A stretch of DNA of 64,000 bases from Rhodospirillales bacterium (GTDB lineage Bacteria > Pseudomonadota > Alphaproteobacteria > Rhodospirillales > JANQFP01). Numbering within the stretch: position 1 is the first letter of the stretch; each line of letters begins with the position of its first letter. A model generated the notes under the pieces. That model was given only the letters and a program-made list of their open reading frames with translations, searched no databases and was not told where the DNA came from. Position numbers and translations under genes: made by a program. The DNA is taken from NCBI GenBank assembly GCA_028277795.1, contig JANQFP010000028.1, positions 1,273 to 65,272 on the forward strand, written 5' to 3'. Shown in pieces: positions 10,772-17,772 of this stretch.

Positions 10772-11159
10772 GGGACGAAATCCTTCGTTCAAGCAGGTGT
10801 CGCGAAATGGGGTTGACGGTTTCGCTTCCCCTGAACGCCGGTCATCAATGACGGTCGACGATGCGACGGACGACGCTCAGGGGCACCTAAGTCGAAGGCC
10901 CCCGCCCAGCGGCAGCAGCAGCGCGGCCGGCAGCGGCAGGGCAGGCGCGGACGCGGGAAGACGGCCCGACGGGGCCGGTCCCTCGACGATGGCGGGCGCT
11001 GTATGCGTGGCGCGCATGGCCGTATCGTGTCCTCGTGTCCGCGGTTGTCCGGTCGACGGCAACGTCCGCGCCGCCCCGGACGGCTCACGTCCTCGACCGC
11101 ATAAAGCCAGCGGTCTCCGGAGGTTGTCAACAACAATTGGCGCCGCCCGCAGTCCGGGA

Positions 11160-13559
11160 TTACGGCGGCTCCGGCCGCGGGAAGCTGGCGGCGGCCACCC
11201 CGTAGAGGGCGACGGCGGCCAGGATGACGGCGGTGAACCCGACCTCGATGGCGATCACCGTGGCCAGCACGGCGCCGAGCACCGAGGCGCAGCCGTTTAT
11301 GGCCCATGCCCACGGGATGAGGGCCGGCGCCCCCTGGCCGAGCCGGGCCAGGCCGGCCGGGAAGGGCATCCCCATGCAGAAGGCCAGCGGCGCGATCAGC
11401 GCCATGGACACGGCGAAACGGGCGGGCAGGGGAATGGCCGCCAGCTCGGCCAGGATGGGTGGCAGCACGAAGACGGACGTCAGCGCGATCATCGCGATGG
11501 CGGCAATGGCGAAGGCGGCGGGATTGCGCCCCGGCAGGCGGGCCGACACCAGGCTGCCCAGGCCGGCGAAAACCAGGAAGGCCGACAGCACGGCCGCCGC
11601 GGCATAGATGGGATGGTTGAGAAACAGGATGAACTTCTGGATGAATGCCATTTCGACGAAAAGGAACGCGAACCCCAGACCCAGGAAATAGACCAGCACG
11701 CGCCCGCGTCCGGCGTGACCGGCGGCGGCGCGCCGGGTCAGCCACAGGGGCACGGCGATGAGCAGGACCGCCGCCACCGCCGCCTGGGCCAGGGTGGCGA
11801 CCAGCACCGGGTAGCCCCATTCGAGCAGGCCCAGCCCGCCGCGCCCCCGCAAAGCCGTCAACTCGGGCAGCAGCCGCCACTTGAAGGCATTGAAGAAATA
11901 GGGCCGGTCATCGGTGGCGGGCCGGATGTCATATTTGTAACGATCCGTGAACGACGCCGCATCTGGACCCAGCAGGGCCGTCGCGCCGTCGAAGAAGTAC
12001 GGTTGGTCGAGGACCGTGAACCGGTTGGCCTCGTCCGCGGTCATGTCGGGCAGCCACGCCAGGTCGAAGGACCGCTCGACGCAGAACCGGCGCACGGCGG
12101 CCGCCTCGGCGGCGGTGAAGGGGCCGTCGCGCACCAGCAGGGTGCTGGTCTTCCAGCCGCGGATCAGCGCCAGGTGGCGGCCGGGCTCCTCGATCCCGGC
12201 CCGGCGCAGGGCGGCGGCGGCGGTGGCCAGCAGCTTGAGCCCGTCCCGCGGCGGCAGCTTGACCCAGCGGGTGACGGCCAGCAGGCCGCCGTCGGCCAGC
12301 CGGTCCAGGTACAGGCCCAGGGCCTCGACCGTGTAGAGGTAGCTCTCGTTGAGGGCGTGCAGCCCGGCGCTGGCGGAGCCGAAGGCGTCGAGCAGGGCCA
12401 CCTGGATGATGTCGTAGCCGCCGCCGCTGGCGGTGACGAAGCCCCGCGCTTCGGCGATGTGGAGGCGCACCCCGGGGCGGTCGAAGGGGCGGCCGGCGAA
12501 CTCGGCGTAGGTGCCGCGCACGAGATCGGCCATCTGCCGGTTGATCTCCACCGCATCGACGGCCGCGGCGCCCTGGCCCAGGGCCTGCAGCACGTCGCCG
12601 CCGACGCCGGCGCCCAGCACCAGCACCCGCGGGTCCTGGCGCAGGGCGTAGGGCAGGGCGGAGGTCAGGTAGGCGAAATGACCGGGCGGCGGCCCGCCGG
12701 GGTCGGACCGGTTGATGGCGGCGTAGGCGTCGCCGTCGGTGAACACGCCGAGCTGCTCGGGGGGCCCGACGGGGCTGGCTAGGCTCAGCCCCGGGGCGTG
12801 GCGGAAGGGAATGCGCGGGCTGTCGACGACGGTGAGCAGGCCGAGGGGGCTGGACGACTCGGAGAGGACCCGGGCGCCGGCAGTCTCCAGGGTCTGGCTG
12901 AGTCCCTTGTAGGGCGTGATGCCGAGCGTGCCGGCCGGCAGAACCGCGAGACCGGCGGCCAGGGCGGCGGCAGCCACCATGGGCCCCCAGCGCCGGGCCT
13001 GCCCGGCGGCCAGGGCCGCCGCAACCGGGCCCAGGGCGCCGATGACCGACAGGGCATCCATGGGCATCGCCACGAACAGCAGCCCGAGGACGCCGAGAGC
13101 CCCACCGCCGGCGCCCAGCAGGTCGGCGCCGTAGACCCGCCCGATGCGGTCCCGGAAGCGCACGAAGGCGAGCCCGATGCCGGTGGCGGCGAACAGGAAG
13201 GGGACGGCCAGCACCAGATAGATGGCGGCCAGGCGCGCCGGCTGGCTTGCGTCCCACAACAGCTCCAGGGGATTGAACGGCACCCGCTGGGCGGCCAGAA
13301 AGCAGCCGACGGCGGCGGCGCCGAACAGGCTGGCGGCGGCCATGAACAGGGTCTCGAAATGGCGCCCCGCCCGTTCGCCGAGCAGGGCCAGGACGGTGCC
13401 GCTGACCCCATAGCCGAGCAGGGCCAGGCTGATGATCATGTAGGCGAAGTGGTGCCACTGGACGATGGAGAACAGGCGCAGCAGCAGCACCTCGTAGCCC
13501 AGCGCCGCCGCCGACAGCAGGGCGACGGCGGCCAGCGGCGGGGCCGGGGCTCGGGTCAA
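11160..13559 (-). CDS. Polytopic membrane protein with a central spermidine-synthase-like (PABS/SAM-MTase fold) domain
   Basis: The real product is the C-terminal ~799 aa of the listed 1030-aa ORF. It has N- and C-terminal TM bundles flanking …VLVLGAGVGGDVLQAL…VDAVEINRQM…DIIQVALLD…. The proposed TTG start at 13559 overlaps the pcm stop (TTGA), so the start is uncertain. Confidence 0.65.
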   Translation of the reverse strand: MTRAPAPPLAAVALLSAAALGYEVLLLRLFSIVQWHHFAYMIISLALLGYGVSGTVLALLGERAGRHFETLFMAAASLFGAAAVGCFLAAQRVPFNPLELLWDASQPARLAAIYLVLAVPFLFAATGIGLAFVRFRDRIGRVYGADLLGAGGGALGVLGLLFVAMPMDALSVIGALGPVAAALAAGQARRWGPMVAAAALAAGLAVLPAGTLGITPYKGLSQTLETAGARVLSESSSPLGLLTVVDSPRIPFRHAPGLSLASPVGPPEQLGVFTDGDAYAAINRSDPGGPPPGHFAYLTSALPYALRQDPRVLVLGAGVGGDVLQALGQGAAAVDAVEINRQMADLVRGTYAEFAGRPFDRPGVRLHIAEARGFVTASGGGYDIIQVALLDAFGSASAGLHALNESYLYTVEALGLYLDRLADGGLLAVTRWVKLPPRDGLKLLATAAAALRRAGIEEPGRHLALIRGWKTSTLLVRDGPFTAAEAAAVRRFCVERSFDLAWLPDMTADEANRFTVLDQPYFFDGATALLGPDAASFTDRYKYDIRPATDDRPYFFNAFKWRLLPELTALRGRGGLGLLEWGYPVLVATLAQAAVAAVLLIAVPLWLTRRAAAGHAGRGRVLVYFLGLGFAFLFVEMAFIQKFILFLNHPIYAAAAVLSAFLVFAGLGSLVSARLPGRNPAAFAIAAIAMIALTSVFVLPPILAELAAIPLPARFAVSMALIAPLAFCMGMPFPAGLARLGQGAPALIPWAWAINGCASVLGAVLATVIAIEVGFTAVILAAVALYGVAAASFPRPEPP

Positions 13560-14296
13560 TGGTCGCCGGTCAGCGGCACGAACGCCACCGGCAGCAGCTC
13601 GCGCACCGTCACGTGGCCGTCGGCGTCCTTGGTCACCAGGGTCAGGTATTGCACGTGGAAGCGCTCGCCCACCGGGATGACCATGCGCCCGCCCGGCTTG
13701 AGCTGTTGCACCAGGGGCGGCGGGATGTGGCTGGCCGCCGCGGTGACCACGATGGCATCGAACGGCGCCTCGTCCTCCCAGCCGTAGTAGCCGTCGCCGA
13801 TGCGGGTCTCGACGTTTCCGTAGCCCAGCCGTTTCAGGCGCTCGGCGGCGGTGCGGCCCAGCGGCGGGATGATCTCGATGGTGAACACCCGGGCGACCAG
13901 CGGCGCCAGCACCGCCGCCTGGTAGCCGGATCCGGTGCCCACCTCCAACACCCGGTCGCCGGGGCCCGCGTCCAGCAGATCGGTCATCAGGGCGACGATG
14001 TAGGGCTGGGAGATGGTCTGGCCGTGGCCGATGGGCAGCGGCGAGTTGCGGTAGGCGTCGTCGCGCCGGCGCTCGGGCACGAACTCGTGGCGCGGCGTCT
14101 GCCCCATGGCCGCCATCACCCGCGGGGCGAGGCGACCACGGCCGGTGTCCCGATTGTCGTCGGCGGCCAGGGCGGCGATGGTGGCCACCATTCCGGCCCG
14201 CTTTTCGGCGTGTTCGTCGGCAGCGCCGGCCGGCGGCACGCCGGCCAGCCACGCGACGGCGAGGACGAGCAACGGTGCGACAACCCTGGTCAGCAT
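13556..14296 (-). CDS. pcm: Protein-L-isoaspartate O-methyltransferase with N-terminal signal-peptide-like segment
   Basis: This is the last 246 aa of the listed 722-aa ORF. It reads MLTRVVAPLLVLAVAWLAGVPPAGAADE… then …GHGQTISQPYIVALMTDLL…VLEVGTGSGYQAAVLA…, with ATG at 14296. Confidence 0.85.
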   Translation of the reverse strand: MLTRVVAPLLVLAVAWLAGVPPAGAADEHAEKRAGMVATIAALAADDNRDTGRGRLAPRVMAAMGQTPRHEFVPERRRDDAYRNSPLPIGHGQTISQPYIVALMTDLLDAGPGDRVLEVGTGSGYQAAVLAPLVARVFTIEIIPPLGRTAAERLKRLGYGNVETRIGDGYYGWEDEAPFDAIVVTAAASHIPPPLVQQLKPGGRMVIPVGERFHVQYLTLVTKDADGHVTVRELLPVAFVPLTGDH

Positions 14297-14367
14297 GGAC
14301 GCCCGAACCCGGATGATGGGGACCGGCGGCATTTTAAGGCGGCAGGCGCCGCGGGGCCAGTCACGGG

Positions 14368-15546
14368 CTACACGGTGGCGTGCGCCGGGCCGTGCGGATA
14401 GTGCAGGGTGCCGAAGCGGACGTGGCGGGCCTCGCCGAAGGTGGGCAGGGCGCCCACGTAGACCCGGAGATGGGGGTTGTGCTCCAGGGAGGGCATGATG
14501 GACTCGCGCACCGCGGCCAACGACAGGGTCTGGTCCTCGGCGCTGAGGCCCATGCGCACCAGGGCATAGCGGAAGACGATCAGGTAGGCGACGAACACGC
14601 CCGTGTGACCGTAGGTGGCGAGCTTGGCCAGGCGCTCGAGGTCGAGGTCGCGGGATTGGTCGCGCGGGCTGCGGCCGACGGCCAGGGAGAAGGCGGCCTG
14701 GTGGGCCTTGGCCCCGTAGTCCCATTCGCCGATCTGGTTCTCGATCAGCTCCACCGACACCGAGTCCTCCGAGTGGGGCTTGATGTAGATCACCCCCTCG
14801 GTGCCGTCCTCGACCTTGCAGATGTCCATGTGGTGGCCGCGCGCCAGATGGACCATGTCGCGGTTGGTGGTCATGCAGATGGAATAGAACTGGCTGGCCA
14901 AGTGGTTCTGCGCCCACAGGATGGCCCGCTTGAGCAGGTGATGGCCGATGCCGCGCCGGCGCGCCGCGGGCAGCACCGAGACCCCCATCTCGGCGAAGCG
15001 GTCGCCGTCGCGCTCCACCAGGCCGATGTGGATGGCGCCGTCCAGCTCCAGCTCCGCGTTGTAGTGGCCGATGACCGCCTCGCCCTCGCCGATGCCGGCG
15101 ACGAAGTGGTCGATCCACGCGTCGTCGTGGGCCTGCCAGAAGCGGCGCCGGCGGTCCTTGGCGTCCAGCTTCTTCAGGTGTTCGGCGTACTGGGGGTACT
15201 CGGAAGGATGCAGGATGCGGGTGGCGTGGCCGGCGGCGATGTGGAGGAACCGGATCACCTGCTCCTTGGTCAGCAGGCGGGACGGGATGAGGGCGAACGG
15301 GGAGCTGCCGCGCAGGCGGTTGGCCTCCGGCGTCTGGCGCACGATCTCGGTGCGCACCACGTCCACGGGACGGGCCAGCAGGCGCTCCCAGGCGCCGACG
15401 AAGGAGGGCCGGAAGGAGAGATCGGCGTTCCACGCGGCGACCACGTCCCGGGCCTCGGCGATCAGGTCGGGGTCCGTCTTCAGCGCCCGCGCGACCACGC
15501 GATGATGGGCCAGCTTCAGGCGCTCGTTGACGCGATCTTTCCGCAT
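14368..15546 (-). CDS. Multidomain protein with central GNAT acetyltransferase-like domain
   Basis: The segment …GVSVLPAARRRGIGHHLLKRAILWAQ… is the GNAT acetyl-CoA motif-A pattern. The flanking N- and C-terminal regions are unrecognised. I prefer ATG at 15546 over the listed TTG at 15573. Confidence 0.55.
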   Translation of the reverse strand: MRKDRVNERLKLAHHRVVARALKTDPDLIAEARDVVAAWNADLSFRPSFVGAWERLLARPVDVVRTEIVRQTPEANRLRGSSPFALIPSRLLTKEQVIRFLHIAAGHATRILHPSEYPQYAEHLKKLDAKDRRRRFWQAHDDAWIDHFVAGIGEGEAVIGHYNAELELDGAIHIGLVERDGDRFAEMGVSVLPAARRRGIGHHLLKRAILWAQNHLASQFYSICMTTNRDMVHLARGHHMDICKVEDGTEGVIYIKPHSEDSVSVELIENQIGEWDYGAKAHQAAFSLAVGRSPRDQSRDLDLERLAKLATYGHTGVFVAYLIVFRYALVRMGLSAEDQTLSLAAVRESIMPSLEHNPHLRVYVGALPTFGEARHVRFGTLHYPHGPAHATV

Positions 15547-15832
15547 GCGCGCATCCCCCGCAGGGGAAACCAACCTTGAATATTACACTTAAATAAGATA
15601 TTTTGCAATTAAGACCAGCCGCCCGTTTCCGGGCCGGGCGAGCGGGGCGCGTGGTCCCCGCGACGGGTCGGGCACCGTGCCCGGAGCCCCGATCGGACAA
15701 TGTCCCCGTGGGGTTTAGGGACATCCTCCACTGGACGCTGGCGGGAATTCCTGTAAATTAGGAAAGTCTAATCCCGCGGGGGCCGGGACGCGCGAACGGA
15801 AGACCGAATCGGATTGTTTTGGAGTGATCGCA

Positions 15833-16327
15833 ATGACCACCGACAACCAGAAGCGGATGTGCATCATCGTCACCAAGGGCACCTTGGACTGGGCCTATCC
15901 GCCGTTCATCCTCGCCACCACCGCCGCCGCCATGGACGTGGAGGTGGACCTGTTCTTCACCTTCTACGGCCTCCAGCTCTTGAAGAAGGACCTCGATCAC
16001 CTTCAGATCTCGACCCTCGGCAACCCGGCCATGGAGATGCCCATGGGCGGCATGCACATGACGATGCCCAACCTGGTGTCGGTGATCCCGGGCATCGATG
16101 CCGTCGCCTCCACCATGATGAAGAACATGATCAAGAAGAAGGGCGTCGCCTCGATCCCCGAGCTGCGCGAGATGGCCGTCGAGTCCGACGTCAACCTGAT
16201 CGGCTGCCAGATGACCATGGACCTCTTCGAGTGGAGCCAGGACGACATGATCGACGGCATCGAGATCGGCGGCGCCGCCACCTACATGGAGAAGGCCCTG
16301 AACTCCGACATCAATCTGTTCATCTGA
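15833..16327 (+). CDS. DsrE/DsrF-family sulfur-relay-like protein
   Basis: …KRMCIIVTKGTLDWAYPPFILATTAAAMDVEVDLFFTFYG… and …VNLIGCQMTMDLF… (conserved Cys). There is no signal peptide. ATG at 15833 has GGAG upstream. Confidence 0.7.
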   Translation: MTTDNQKRMCIIVTKGTLDWAYPPFILATTAAAMDVEVDLFFTFYGLQLLKKDLDHLQISTLGNPAMEMPMGGMHMTMPNLVSVIPGIDAVASTMMKNMIKKKGVASIPELREMAVESDVNLIGCQMTMDLFEWSQDDMIDGIEIGGAATYMEKALNSDINLFI

Positions 16328-16370
16328 TCGCGCCGACGGGCTCGGTGGACCAGAGGGCGGGAGCACGTTC

Positions 16371-16937
16371 ATGAAGACGGCCAGGTTGGCGTTTGCCATT
16401 TGCATGGGTTGCGCGGCAGTGGCCCAGGCCGACGACCTGAGCGCCCACAAGGCCGAAGCGGTGGGCATCGTCAAGCAATTCGGCGGCAGCCTGAAGACCG
16501 AGCTGCTGAAGGCGATCAAGGCCGGCGGGGCACAGAACGCCGTGCCGGTGTGCAACAGCGAGGCGCCCGGCATCGCCCAGGTGGTCTCCGAAGCCTCCGG
16601 GTGGGACGTGGCGCGGACCAGCCTCAAGTTGCGCAACCCGGGCAACCAGCCCGACTCCTGGGAGCTTGGCGTGCTGCAGAAATTCGAGGCGCGCAAGGCC
16701 GGCGGCGAGGACCCGAAGACGATGGCGTTCGCGGCAATCGTCGAAGAGGACGGCGGCAAGGTCTTCCGCTTCATGAAGGCCATCCCCACCGATCAGCTCT
16801 GCCTCCAGTGCCACGGCGACCAGATCGCGCCGGAGGTGACGGCCCAACTGGATGCCATTTACCCGGAAGACAAGGCGCGCGGATTCCGCGTCGGCGACAT
16901 CCGCGGCGCGTTCACCTTGAAGAAGCGGCTGCCCTGA
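16371..16937 (+). CDS. Exported c-type haem protein, DUF3365-like
   Basis: It has a signal peptide MKTARLAFAICMGCAAVAQA and a single CLQCH haem-c motif near the C-terminus. …FRFMKAIPTDQLCLQCHG… is the DUF3365 pattern. Confidence 0.65.
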   Translation: MKTARLAFAICMGCAAVAQADDLSAHKAEAVGIVKQFGGSLKTELLKAIKAGGAQNAVPVCNSEAPGIAQVVSEASGWDVARTSLKLRNPGNQPDSWELGVLQKFEARKAGGEDPKTMAFAAIVEEDGGKVFRFMKAIPTDQLCLQCHGDQIAPEVTAQLDAIYPEDKARGFRVGDIRGAFTLKKRLP

Positions 16938-16974
16938 GGGGCGACGCCACGTCTGCAACCGAGAGGAAGGACCG

Positions 16975-17208
16975 ATGACGACGGCAACACAAGCGCTCGA
17001 CGCCAAAGGACTCAACTGTCCCCTGCCCATCCTGAAAGCCAAGAAGGCCATCAAGGGCCTCAATGCCGGTGACACCCTGTTCGTGGAATCGACCGATCCC
17101 GGGTCGGTCAAGGACTTCGAGGCGTTCTGCCGCTCCACCGGCCACAAGCTCCTGGAAAGCGGCGAAGCCAGCGGAATTTATACGTACTTGATCGAAAAGG
17201 CCGCTTGA
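16975..17208 (+). CDS. TusA/SirA-family sulfurtransferase
   Basis: A 77-aa protein with …LDAKGLNCPLPILKAKKAIKGL… (CPxP active-site motif). Confidence 0.85.
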   Translation: MTTATQALDAKGLNCPLPILKAKKAIKGLNAGDTLFVESTDPGSVKDFEAFCRSTGHKLLESGEASGIYTYLIEKAA

Positions 17209-17229
17209 GCGACCATTGTTGCGCAAGAC

Positions 17230-17253
17230 GTCCCCGCGGAACGGCGCGGGGAC
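17230..17253 (+). terminator. GC hairpin after the TusA-like gene (attenuator or terminator candidate, no U-tract)
   Basis: GTCCCCGCG (17230-17238) pairs with CGCGGGGAC (17245-17253) around a 6-nt loop. It is not followed by a T-run. Confidence 0.3.
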
Positions 17254-17282
17254 GGCCGCACAAGGTCGACGGGAGGCTGACC

Positions 17283-17663
17283 TTGGCATCCAGAGTCGCT
17301 GCGGGCCTCGCCGCGTTGTTGACGGCGGCGGTGTTGAGCATGGCGCCGGCGAAGGCCGGCGAGTTGCTCATGTTCGACTCCGACGGCTGCCCCTGGTGCG
17401 AGGCCTGGTTGGAGACCATCGGCGCGGTCTACCACCTGACCGACGAGGCAAGGGTCCTGCCGTTGCGCATCGTCGACAACGACCTTCCCCGTCCCGACGA
17501 CCTGGAGGCCGTGGGCCCGGTGATCTACACGCCCACCTTCGTCGTTTTCCATGACGGCGAGGAAAGGGGCCGCATCCTAGGCTACCCCGGCGAGCATTTC
17601 TTCTGGGCGTTCCTGCAAGAGTTCATCCGCGCGCTGCAAAAGGGGCCCGACCCCGGTTCGTGA
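17283..17663 (+). CDS. Exported thioredoxin-fold protein (CPWC), SoxS-like
   Basis: …ELLMFDSDGCPWCEAWLE… A signal peptide (L)ASRVAAGLAALLTAAVLSMAPAKA follows the TTG at 17283, which has GGGAGG upstream. The listed ORF starts at 17205 and the start is uncertain. Confidence 0.6.
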   Translation: MASRVAAGLAALLTAAVLSMAPAKAGELLMFDSDGCPWCEAWLETIGAVYHLTDEARVLPLRIVDNDLPRPDDLEAVGPVIYTPTFVVFHDGEERGRILGYPGEHFFWAFLQEFIRALQKGPDPGS

Positions 17664-17772
17664 CGCTTGGGACGCGGCAGCCGGCCGCGTCGCTCTCCCT
17701 TGTTTTCGTGAGTTTCCCGCCGAATTGTGATATTCGACGGGGCGATTGGCGCGACGGCAACGGAACTCGTTC

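Noticed and set aside
10877-11017. Possible leucine leader peptide/attenuator upstream of leuA (46-aa ORF ending …PAALLLPLGGGLRLRCP, with three consecutive CTG Leu codons)
   Set aside because: It is tempting because Leu-codon leader attenuators are predicted for proteobacterial leuA. However, the peptide is long, Leu enrichment is modest for GC-rich DNA, and I could not find a convincing terminator hairpin with a U-tract between its stop and the leuA start. It needs folding analysis and comparative alignment.
13556-15724. 722-aa ORF suggesting a large Pcm fusion protein
   Set aside because: Only the last 246 aa (from ATG 14296) look like Pcm. The upstream part is Arg/Pro/Gly-rich and overlaps the better-supported GNAT-domain gene in another frame.
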